This document shows, in pieces, positions 55,440 through 64,000 of a stretch of 64,000 nt of DNA (position 1 is its first letter; every line of letters starts with the position of its first letter). The position numbers and the translations under genes were made by a program. Where the stretch lies: the NCBI GenBank assembly GCA_030599585.1, contig JAUVNS010000020.1:1-64000 (forward strand), read 5' to 3'. The notes beneath the pieces were generated by a model that saw nothing but the letters and a program-made list of their open reading frames with translations, did not search any database and had not been told where the DNA came from. Source of the stretch: Promethearchaeota archaeon. Its GTDB lineage: Archaea > Asgardarchaeota > Lokiarchaeia > Sigyniarchaeales > SOKP01.

Positions 55440-56588
55440 ATGACAATTAAAAAAATCGGAATCCTCACAGGAGGCGGCGATTGCCCAGGTTTAAACTCAG
55501 TCATTTACGGAATTATGCTAAAAGCTTACGATGCAGGTGTAGAATGTGTTGGGATTCTTAAAGGTTGGAAAGGCCTTATGGAAAATCTAACGATTCCTCT
55601 TAAAATAGCAGAACATGATGATTTACATACGATTGGAGGGACAATTTTATACACAAGTAGAACTAATCCATTCAAGGGAGCTAAATCTAAAGAAGAAGTT
55701 GCAAAGTTTTTGGTAAATAAATTAGATGAATTAGGTATTGACGCGTTGATTGCGATTGGAGGGGACGATACCCTGAGCGTAGCAGATGCCATGTGCAAAT
55801 ACTCAAAAGCGAATGTAATCGGCTGTCCAAAAACGATAGATAATGACTTGCAAGGAACTCACTATACGTTTGGATTCTGGAGCGCTGTGCAATTAGCATC
55901 AAACGCGATGGATAATCTTACAACAACGGCCCGGTCTCACCAAAGAGTATTTGTTGTAGAAGTTATGGGTAGAGACGCAGGTTTTCTTACGATGTATAGT
56001 GGAATTTCTGCTGGTGCAGACATAATATTAATTCCTGAAACTCCATTTGATTTTCAGAGGGATATAGTTGATGTTCTCAGAAAAAGAGCAAAAGCAGGAT
56101 ATAAATATCATATAATAGCAACTTCTGAAGGTGCTTATCCCAAGATGGAATCATTAGAACGAGATTTTAAAACGATTTCAAAGGAAACCATTGATAAATT
56201 GCCTAAAGACACTTATGGTAATCCTCTCCTCGCGAAATTGAATATGTCGAAAATAATTGTCGATGAATTAAATCTGAGAGATGATCTTAAAGAAGTATTT
56301 CACAATAATGGTGTAGATTTTGAATGTAGGAGCGTAGTTCTAGGCCATACCATGCGAGCTGGGACGCCGAATTCGTTCGATCGAATTTTAGGTTTACGAT
56401 TTGGTCTAGCAGCTATGAAACTCGTTTTAGAAGGCAAATTTGGAAACATGGTTTCGCTTCAAGGAAATAAAATAGAAACGATCCCGCTTTCTAAAGGGGT
56501 TAAAAAGAAATATATTACTACTGATAGCGATAAAATGGAATTAAGAGACCTTCTTGTAAAAATCAGGTATTTATCAAAACAAAATTAA
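55440..56588 (+). CDS. pfp: 6-phosphofructokinase, PfkA family, PPi-type signature
   Basis: Motifs TGGGDCPGLN, GGDDT (Asp), PKTIDND (Lys), EVMGR and LGH-R. Confidence 0.85.
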   Translation: MTIKKIGILTGGGDCPGLNSVIYGIMLKAYDAGVECVGILKGWKGLMENLTIPLKIAEHDDLHTIGGTILYTSRTNPFKGAKSKEEVAKFLVNKLDELGIDALIAIGGDDTLSVADAMCKYSKANVIGCPKTIDNDLQGTHYTFGFWSAVQLASNAMDNLTTTARSHQRVFVVEVMGRDAGFLTMYSGISAGADIILIPETPFDFQRDIVDVLRKRAKAGYKYHIIATSEGAYPKMESLERDFKTISKETIDKLPKDTYGNPLLAKLNMSKIIVDELNLRDDLKEVFHNNGVDFECRSVVLGHTMRAGTPNSFDRILGLRFGLAAMKLVLEGKFGNMVSLQGNKIETIPLSKGVKKKYITTDSDKMELRDLLVKIRYLSKQN

Positions 56589-56636
56589 TTTCAATCTTAT
56601 TGTTATTTGTAATGTTTTTAAAAAAGGAGATATAAA

Positions 56637-57875
56637 CTATCCATAATGTTTTTCTTCCTCGTGTTCAGCGTCTAAAGCATCTAGTTCCACATCGCGACCG
56701 ATCCATTTTTCGCTTAATACTTCCTTATAATATTCGTGCTGGATAATTAAATTCATTATTTCTGTGGTACCAGTCCAAATTTCGCCTAAACGGGCGTCCC
56801 TCATTAATCTTTCAATAGGATAGACGGTTGTGTATCCGATTCCCCCCATGATTTGCATCGATTTATTGATTACTTTCCAGCATGCTTTAGTCGAAAATTT
56901 CTTGGATTCAGAAACTAATCTTCTTTGAAGAGCGGGTGGTGCTCCTGCATCTATAGATTTCGCAGTGTTAAATACGATTGCTCTTGTAGCATCTAAGTAA
57001 GTAATGCAATCCGCTAACATAAAGTTTACTGCTTGAAAATTCTTTATTACCTGCCCAAACGCTTTTCTTTTGGTGCTATATTTGGTAGCAATATGTAAAC
57101 AAGCACGTGCTAATCCAATAAAGCCAGAAGCTGTAGATAACCTCTCTGGGACCATCATTTGATAGAATATTTTACCTCCCTTTCCCTCTCCCATTATTAC
57201 ATTTTCTTTTGGGACTTCTACATCTTTAAAAATTATTCTTCCTGCTCCTCCCCCTCTAGTGCCCAATAAACCGTATATATATGCTGCTTCTACTGCTTCA
57301 CTTTTGTCTACTATAAACAAACTTAAAGCATCGCGAGGTTGTGCGTTTGGATTTGTTTTAGCGTAAACTAAGAAAAAATCAGCGCCTTCAGCTCCGACTA
57401 CAAATCGCTTTTCTCCGTTTAATATGTAATAATCTCCTTCTTTCACAGCTGTAGATGTAGCTCCAAAAAAATCAGACCCGCCTCTTGGTTCAGTTAGTGC
57501 TTCGGCAGTAAATTTTTTGCCCTCACACATGGGTTTAAGGTAATTAAGCTTTTGTTCTTCGGTACCAAATTTATTAAGAGCTTCTCCACAGATGCTTGGT
57601 AATGAAAATAAACAAGCTAAAGAACTTCCTAATACACCTATTTCTTCTTGAGCAATTATTTCACTTTCCCAATTCAATCCACGGCCGCCATATTCTTTTG
57701 GAAACCTTATCCCTATTAAATTTTGTTTGGCTAGGGCGTGTAACCATTCACTTGGGTATTGTACTTCGTCTTTATCCATTTTTTTTAATAAAGAAGGAGG
57801 AATAGCGTTCTTTACAAACTCTCGAACTTCCTCTCTAAATTCCTTATTTTCTTCGCTTAATAAATAATCATACAA
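56637..57875 (-). CDS. Acyl-CoA dehydrogenase
   Basis: Motifs ALTEPRGGSD, LNGEKRF, RKAFGQ...FQAV and QIMGGIGY...ERLMRDAR...GTTEI. Confidence 0.94.
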   Translation of the reverse strand: MYDYLLSEENKEFREEVREFVKNAIPPSLLKKMDKDEVQYPSEWLHALAKQNLIGIRFPKEYGGRGLNWESEIIAQEEIGVLGSSLACLFSLPSICGEALNKFGTEEQKLNYLKPMCEGKKFTAEALTEPRGGSDFFGATSTAVKEGDYYILNGEKRFVVGAEGADFFLVYAKTNPNAQPRDALSLFIVDKSEAVEAAYIYGLLGTRGGGAGRIIFKDVEVPKENVIMGEGKGGKIFYQMMVPERLSTASGFIGLARACLHIATKYSTKRKAFGQVIKNFQAVNFMLADCITYLDATRAIVFNTAKSIDAGAPPALQRRLVSESKKFSTKACWKVINKSMQIMGGIGYTTVYPIERLMRDARLGEIWTGTTEIMNLIIQHEYYKEVLSEKWIGRDVELDALDAEHEEEKHYG

Positions 57876-58065
57876 TTTTGTTCCACCTTAGTTGATTAAT
57901 ACCACTAATAATTAATGATGGATATGTTTATTAAATATACTAAATAGCTCTAGGTTTATTAGTTGACAGTAATTAGAATTTAATATAATCTTTTGTTGAT
58001 TATTCTTTTTACATATTTTATGATTAATTCTTTTTTAAAATAAATTCAAATAAAGATGACAATTC

Positions 58066-59316
58066 ATGTTCAAAAAAATTAAAAAGGGATATAATGAATA
58101 CCCAAAACCATTTAAAGTGCTGGTTTTCGCCACTTTCATTGATAGGTTAGGAGGTTTCTTATTATTTCCATTTTTTGCAGTATATATTATAGAGCGTTTT
58201 GGGGTAGGGATGACTCAAGTAGGATTTTTATTTTCGATGTTTGCGGGTGGAAGTATAATAGGTAGTACGTTAGGAGGTGCGTTAGCTGATAAATATGGGC
58301 GTCGTTCGATGGTTCTTTTAGGTTTAATTTCAAGCGGCATAGGAAGCATCTTGATGGGATTAGTTGATGACCTATTTATTTTTTTTATAGTAGCAGCAAT
58401 TTTAGGCGTTTTAGGAGATTTGGGAGGTCCTGCAAGACAAGCAATGGTAGTAGATTTACTCCCCAAAGATTTACAGACAGAAGGATTTGGATTATTGCGG
58501 GTAGCTGTAAATGTTTCAGCAACAATTGGTCCTATCTTCGGTGGATTTTTAGCAAGCGAATCTTATATGTTGTTATTTATAGCGGACGCTATGAGTAGCT
58601 TAATTACGGCTTTAATCGTATTCATTACTATTCCAGAGACGAAACCGGAAAAACGAGATGATAAACCAGAAGAATCAGTTATGAAAACCATTATAGGATA
58701 TAAAGAGGTTTTAAAAGATTCAGTTTATATAATGTTTCTTGGTGTGTCTATAATAACGGTGTTAGTTTACATGCAATTGTATAGTACTTTATCGGTATTT
58801 CTTCTGACGGTATACGAGTTCCCAAAGGAGAGTTTCGGCATATTGGTAAGTATGAATGCGTTGATGGTAGTACTATTTCAATTCTGGATAACTAAAAGAA
58901 CTTCAAAGTACGCACCTATGAAAATGATGGCTTTTGGAACGCTACTTTATATGATTGGTTTCGGGATGTATGGCTTTATCTCCGAAGTATACCTGTTTTT
59001 CGTAGCCATGTTTATCCTAACAGTGGGGGAGATGATTGTTTTACCAGTCGCCCAAGCTGCAGTTTCCTTATTTGCTCCTGAAGATAAACGAGGGCGATAT
59101 ATGGCAATATATGGATTCAGTTGGTCGATTCCGAACCTTTTTGGAGTTGTCATCGCGGGTTTAATTATGGATTATATTGGCCCAAATTGGGTATGGTATA
59201 TAGCGGGAATTTTGAGCATGATTGCAATTATTGGATTTTTGTTACTTCAGGGCTCTGTAAAAGCTCGATTTTTAAAAGAGAAGGAATTACTCGTTGATGA
59301 AGCGCAAAAGATATGA
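58066..59316 (+). CDS. MFS transporter (MdtH-like), tandem copy 1
   Basis: GGALADKYGRR, APEDKRGRY, about 12 TMs. Confidence 0.92.
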   Translation: MFKKIKKGYNEYPKPFKVLVFATFIDRLGGFLLFPFFAVYIIERFGVGMTQVGFLFSMFAGGSIIGSTLGGALADKYGRRSMVLLGLISSGIGSILMGLVDDLFIFFIVAAILGVLGDLGGPARQAMVVDLLPKDLQTEGFGLLRVAVNVSATIGPIFGGFLASESYMLLFIADAMSSLITALIVFITIPETKPEKRDDKPEESVMKTIIGYKEVLKDSVYIMFLGVSIITVLVYMQLYSTLSVFLLTVYEFPKESFGILVSMNALMVVLFQFWITKRTSKYAPMKMMAFGTLLYMIGFGMYGFISEVYLFFVAMFILTVGEMIVLPVAQAAVSLFAPEDKRGRYMAIYGFSWSIPNLFGVVIAGLIMDYIGPNWVWYIAGILSMIAIIGFLLLQGSVKARFLKEKELLVDEAQKI

Positions 59317-59450
59317 TTTTTTCATCAAATTTACAAAAAAGATCCTGATTTATAGAAAAGGTATTTTGGATAACTTTTTTGGATGTGCTACTTTTAAAAT
59401 CTAACCAAGTGTGTCATAGAAAATTACACAATTAAGAGTATGAAATAACT

Positions 59451-60722
59451 ATGCTGGAAAAAATAAAGATTGCCTATAAAGTATATCCCAGTGCATTCAA
59501 AGTGCTAGTTCTCGCCTCTTTCATAGATATGGTTGGAGGAGCCTTATTGTTTCCTTTTTTTGCACTCTATATCACCGAACGATTTGGGGTAGGGATGACT
59601 CAAGTGGGATTCCTATTTGCATTCTTCTCTGCAGGAGGTATAATCAGTGGCGTGGTTGGAGGCGCTTTAGCGGATAAGTATGGGCGTCGCGTAATACTGC
59701 TTATTGGTTTAGTCATAAGTGGGGTAGGAAGTATCTTTATGGGATTAGTTGATAATTTGAACGTTTTTTACATTCTAGCAGCAATTTTAGGTTTAGTAGG
59801 CGATCTTGGAGGTCCAGCGCGACAGGCAATGGTTGTAGATTTACTTCCGAAAGAAAAACAAACAGAAGGTTTTGGAATTATGCGAGTTGCAATGAACCTT
59901 GCAGTGACAGTCGGTCCAATTCTAGGGGGTTTCTTAGCTACACAGTCTTATATGTTATTGTTCATAGCTGATGCCGTAAGCAGTCTAATTACCGCGGTTA
60001 TTGTATTTATTGTCATTCCAGAAACAAAACCGGAAAAATCTGAGGATGAACCTGAAGAAACTGTAGTAAAAACGATTATTGGATACAAAGAGGTTCTGAA
60101 AGATGGAGTTTTTATCCTTTTTCTTTCCGTTTCTGTCATAATGGTCATAGTTTATATGCAAATGAATAGTACTCTATCAGTATTCCTACGGGATGTTCAT
60201 GGATTCTCACCTCAGAGTTTTGGGTTATTATTGAGTATGAACGCATTAATGGTTGTACTATTTCAATTTTGGATAGCTAAAAAGATTTCAAAGTATGCTC
60301 CCATGAAGGTAATAGCGATAGGAACGCTGTTTTATATGTTAGGATTTGGCATGTACGGTTTTATTTCTGCTGTTTACCTATTTTTTATTGCTATGATAAT
60401 TATTACTATAGGAGAAATGATTGTTACACCTATTCAACAAACTGTAGTGGCAAACTTTGCTCCTGAAGATAAGAGAGGTCGGTATATGGCGATATTTGGT
60501 TTCCACTGGGCGATTCCTAATTTATTTGGGGTTTTACTCGCGGGATTAGTGATGGAACATATTGGACCAAATTGGGTTTGGTATTTCGCAGGGATTTTGT
60601 CTTTCTTTTCAGCGGTAGGATTTTGGTCTCTTCATGGAGTAACAAAGAAACGGTTTTCAAAAGAAGAAGAAACTTCGATTGAAGAAGTAAGTATAGAATT
60701 GGGAGAAGAAATGAGTGAATGA
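59451..60722 (+). CDS. MFS transporter (MdtH-like), tandem copy 2
   Basis: Highly similar to 58066-59316 along its whole length. Confidence 0.92.
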   Translation: MLEKIKIAYKVYPSAFKVLVLASFIDMVGGALLFPFFALYITERFGVGMTQVGFLFAFFSAGGIISGVVGGALADKYGRRVILLIGLVISGVGSIFMGLVDNLNVFYILAAILGLVGDLGGPARQAMVVDLLPKEKQTEGFGIMRVAMNLAVTVGPILGGFLATQSYMLLFIADAVSSLITAVIVFIVIPETKPEKSEDEPEETVVKTIIGYKEVLKDGVFILFLSVSVIMVIVYMQMNSTLSVFLRDVHGFSPQSFGLLLSMNALMVVLFQFWIAKKISKYAPMKVIAIGTLFYMLGFGMYGFISAVYLFFIAMIIITIGEMIVTPIQQTVVANFAPEDKRGRYMAIFGFHWAIPNLFGVLLAGLVMEHIGPNWVWYFAGILSFFSAVGFWSLHGVTKKRFSKEEETSIEEVSIELGEEMSE

Positions 60723-60951
60723 ACGACTGTTAAACGATTTCTAATGCACTTTAAATATATTAAGGAGCTGAGATTCATTGGTTCACAATAATTATTTGAA
60801 ATTCCTGCTTCCTTCACATTCAACCTAAATTTTTCTTTCATAAAATAATAGCTTCGCAAATATCCAAATAAGTAATTTGCTATATTTGATGGAAATTAGA
60901 AAAAACAATACACTGTATTAGTTTAGATGCAACGATTTAATTTAAAATGTA

Positions 60952-61449
60952 ATGAAAGATGAGAATTTGAATGGTTTTAGAAATTTTATAATTAACTTGG
61001 ACAATAAAGATATTTTTAAAAAATGTTCTAAATGTAAACAAGTTTATCCAGCAGAATCTAAATTCTTTTATAGAAATAGAAATAGAAAAGATGGTTTTGA
61101 CTCATGGTGTAAAGAATGTAAGAAAGATTATGATAAAATAAGACATAAAATGAAGAATTTTAATATCTCATTAAAACAATATAAGAAAATGTTAAAAGAA
61201 CAAAGCGGTCGTTGTCTAATATGTGGAAGAGATTTCAACGATATTTATGGAAATCCAAAACAAAACCATATCTATTATACTCCCAGAATTGATCACGATC
61301 ACAAAACTGGAAAAGTTAGAGGTATATTATGTCATCATTGCAATATTGCTTTAGGAAGCTTCAATGAAAATCCACTTATTTTAGTTAGAGCAATTAAGTA
61401 CCTAAAGGAAAATAAAAATTCTAGAATTAGATTTCAAAAATCTCTTTAG
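60952..61449 (+). CDS. Endonuclease VII-like HNH nuclease with N-terminal zinc finger
   Basis: CSKC...F...DG...WCKEC, then QSGRCLICG...IDHDHKTGKVRGILCHHCNIALG. Confidence 0.88.
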   Translation: MKDENLNGFRNFIINLDNKDIFKKCSKCKQVYPAESKFFYRNRNRKDGFDSWCKECKKDYDKIRHKMKNFNISLKQYKKMLKEQSGRCLICGRDFNDIYGNPKQNHIYYTPRIDHDHKTGKVRGILCHHCNIALGSFNENPLILVRAIKYLKENKNSRIRFQKSL

Positions 61450-61723
61450 CTTTCTCGTTTACGATAGTGTTGTTTACTAAATCCCATAGTTCGCTATAGA
61501 AGAACTCTTTGTCGTTTTTCACTACTAGAGGTAAGCTTTCAACACAGGCACTCATATCACAATAAAGGCTATTAAACGTAGGATTTTTCATTAAAGGATC
61601 GTTAAAATCTTTAGGATTTTGGTAGTCTAATACTTTGTAATCAACATTTTTATCTTCGAGCCAAGTCAATAGCTTTTCACAGAAAAAGCAACTTTTTTTA
61701 ATAACAATTTTAAATTGAGTCAT
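61427..61723 (-). CDS. Glutaredoxin-like protein
   Basis: Motif CFFC...L...V-Y...cis-Pro SLPLV. Confidence 0.75.
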   Translation of the reverse strand: MTQFKIVIKKSCFFCEKLLTWLEDKNVDYKVLDYQNPKDFNDPLMKNPTFNSLYCDMSACVESLPLVVKNDKEFFYSELWDLVNNTIVNEKAKEIFEI

Positions 61724-61775
61724 AATTGAAAAATTAAAACACAAATTATTAAATTTTTATTTTATAATTTGAAAA

Positions 61776-62927
61776 TTAATGCTCAATTTCGAATGTAACC
61801 TTGAGATATTCGTATTTGGAATTAAGTAATATTAATATTTTTTTCGCAAGTATTCTTAGATTTTGTGCATGAAATGGTTTCTCTTCTGCTTGTTCATCAT
61901 AAAAATCATGAATCTTCTTTCTTGTTTCATCTACTCCGTTAGTAACATAAAATTTTTCCCAATGAGTAGAGATTTTACAGAGCGATTTTATCTTCTCGTT
62001 TGTATATTTAGAGTTATCTAAAATAATATCTTTATGTTTTTTAATAGCTTCGCCAACTTTTTCAAGGTGGTCTGCGATGGTAAAGGAATAACGACAAATA
62101 CTTATTAGATTAGATGTAGTCCTAGTGTTTCGTGTATTGGCGGCCTGTTCAAAAGAATTCCATGCATCTAACCACTCATCTTTGTGAATCCCATCAACAC
62201 CATTATTCATCATTGCTACATTAATAATATCGCTTAAATCTACATCGTGTCCTCTTTTAATTTTTTTAACAAAAATTTCTTTTAAACTTGAACCTTCGAG
62301 ATTACTACCTGCTCCAAAATCAAGTAGCTGATTAAGATTATTTGCAGCAAATAAAGTTTCGCGCCTATTTTCTTTAGTTTCAAATTTCTTCCATTCAACA
62401 GTTTTTTCCCATTCTCCTGTTTCTTTATTTTTTAAAAAACTGCATTCTTTCAAAGACGAATCTAAAAGGTTCGTGTGAAACATCCAGAAATCTATATCGT
62501 CTGTGAATCTCTTCCTTCTCCAATCTCTAGTTGTGTATTTACCTAAATAGAGTTTTAACGTCCCTCTTACTGACGAGAATTTCCCTTTTTTTAATACTTC
62601 GCGAGCTACTTCACAGTAATGATGATTAGGATCTAGGGAACATAATTCTATTTTATTCAGAACTTTTCTTGCTTCTCTAGCTACTATATCACATGGAATG
62701 CTACCATCAGAAGGGTATGCTCTAGAGCCGCCTTCTATAAAGTTTTCGAAGAGTTTGAAATCTTCTTCTGGAATTGTATACCATGGATTAGAAAAATTCG
62801 CTTTACTGAAGATATAGTGAGTGAAATCATTTTCATCTTTCCAAATTTTTTCTGTAATGGGGGAAACATCTCTAAGTTTATCGCCTTTGGTTATAACATC
62901 GGTTTTTATATCCCAAATACCATTCAT
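61776..62927 (-). CDS. Nucleotidyltransferase-fold protein (AbiEii/MenT-like)
   Basis: Motifs RGTLKLYL...RRKRFTDDIDF and KKIKRGHDVDLSDI. Confidence 0.6.
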   Translation of the reverse strand: MNGIWDIKTDVITKGDKLRDVSPITEKIWKDENDFTHYIFSKANFSNPWYTIPEEDFKLFENFIEGGSRAYPSDGSIPCDIVAREARKVLNKIELCSLDPNHHYCEVAREVLKKGKFSSVRGTLKLYLGKYTTRDWRRKRFTDDIDFWMFHTNLLDSSLKECSFLKNKETGEWEKTVEWKKFETKENRRETLFAANNLNQLLDFGAGSNLEGSSLKEIFVKKIKRGHDVDLSDIINVAMMNNGVDGIHKDEWLDAWNSFEQAANTRNTRTTSNLISICRYSFTIADHLEKVGEAIKKHKDIILDNSKYTNEKIKSLCKISTHWEKFYVTNGVDETRKKIHDFYDEQAEEKPFHAQNLRILAKKILILLNSKYEYLKVTFEIEH

Positions 62928-63049
62928 TTGAAAAACTCTACATATAATTAATAAAATTATATGAAAAAATCAAACTTAAATCTTTTTTCTATAATATATA
63001 GAAATGATCAGGCACATAGTATAAATAGAATATCTATTTCTTTCTCATT

Positions 63050-63733
63050 ATGAAAGAACTCTTTTCAGTTTTTGTTAATGCACCATGGAATAAGGTAAAA
63101 ACAAAAAAACTAACTGAAATTAGATTATTGTCACTCAAAAGCGTATTTGAGAAATATCCAGTAGTTGAACCAAAATTTTTTGAAGATCTATCAGAAAATA
63201 TTAGCAAAAATTTGCATTATTCTTGGTTCGAATGTATTAGAAGAATAGTAGGACCAGATAAAGAAGATTACGAAATTCAAAATTGGAATATTATATGGGC
63301 AATGGATTTGGATAATAGAATATATCAATTCTTATTCCAGAAAGTAGGAAAGTCTGATGAGTCTCAGGCAGTAATGGTCGGATTGGCTCCACCAGAGCTT
63401 AGTAAGCTATTTTCTGAATATAAAAATGATGCAATTCTAAGGATATTATCAGTATTGAATAATCCGAAAAAAATAAAATTCTTGATGGGATTAGCTCCAA
63501 AAGGGATATCATTGGCTGTAGAACAGCAACTAATTCAAGCTAATAAAAACGATTTTGACAAGCTAAAATTTGTAAACTCGCTAAAAGAAATGCCAAACAT
63601 CCAAGGACAATGGTTTTTTCCACGTAATCCTATGTGCCCAGATTGTAAAGGACTGCTGATTGAGAAAATGGATGATGTTAAAGGGTTTCAGAAGTTAGAG
63701 TGTCCTCAATGTGGTTACGAGAGAAAAAAGTAA
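63050..63733 (+). CDS. Hypothetical protein with C-terminal zinc ribbon
   Basis: Motif CPDCKG...CPQCGY. Confidence 0.7.
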   Translation: MKELFSVFVNAPWNKVKTKKLTEIRLLSLKSVFEKYPVVEPKFFEDLSENISKNLHYSWFECIRRIVGPDKEDYEIQNWNIIWAMDLDNRIYQFLFQKVGKSDESQAVMVGLAPPELSKLFSEYKNDAILRILSVLNNPKKIKFLMGLAPKGISLAVEQQLIQANKNDFDKLKFVNSLKEMPNIQGQWFFPRNPMCPDCKGLLIEKMDDVKGFQKLECPQCGYERKK

Positions 63734-63916
63734 TTTATAATGGCCCCCTCACTCAATTTTTATAGTCCTGAAGTAGGATTAAAGTGTAAAACATGTGGGT
63801 TTAATAAAGTGAAATAAAAGTAAGACTTTTCTTATAATTGTTAATAATAGTTTTTATTTTATAGCACAATCTATACATTACTACTAAAACTAATTATTCA
63901 AAGAATTTTCTTAACT

Positions 63917-64000
63917 ATGTTTGTTGCCGCACTCGACCTTGGAACTACAGGATGTAGAACTTTTATTTTTGATATGACGGGTACTATAATATCAAGCGCG
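63917..64000 (+). CDS. FGGY-family carbohydrate kinase (5' part, truncated by the window end)
   Basis: MFVAALDLGTTGCRTFIFDMTG matches the FGGY N-terminal DxGTT motif. Confidence 0.85.
   Translation, partial: MFVAALDLGTTGCRTFIFDMTGTIISSA

Noticed and set aside
58066-60722. Tandem MFS duplication as a novel system
   Set aside because: Ordinary paralog duplication with both copies intact.
150-60859. Numerous short antisense ORFs in the six-frame track
   Set aside because: They are shadows of well-supported genes on the opposite strand and have no motifs of their own.

Overview
AT-rich archaeal chromosome segment that is almost certainly from an Asgard archaeon of the Lokiarchaeia type. It encodes a eukaryote-like actin, a profilin-fold protein, a Rab-like GTPase, a JAMM/MPN protein and an LRR protein, set among archaeal core genes: rpo6, hef, tfb, the proteasome-SBDS-exosome-rpl37ae-Pcc1-prefoldin superoperon, KEOPS/t6A genes, a porGDAB-type operon, PPi-type PFK and an Hdr/Flx-type Fe-S cluster. 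Five tRNAs were read by eye. Four carry BHB introns, including a cryptic tRNA-Val(CAC) split by three non-canonical introns. The most unusual signals are: (i) an ~8.2 kb integrase-less island (43110-51296) bounded by a 12-bp direct repeat, whose cargo genes (hypervariable LRR-membrane protein, HEPN RNase, RHH, AbrB-like, membrane proteins) are separated by duplicated palindromic sites and folded GAA-triloop elements, suggesting a gene-cassette system; (ii) four genes that appear to start at ATA/ATT behind Shine-Dalgarno motifs; (iii) two tandem RHH-HisKA-REC regulators with no ATPase domain; and (iv) a cytochrome-b/HdrC fusion. All calls come from reading the sequence and recognising motifs; no searches or folding programs were run.
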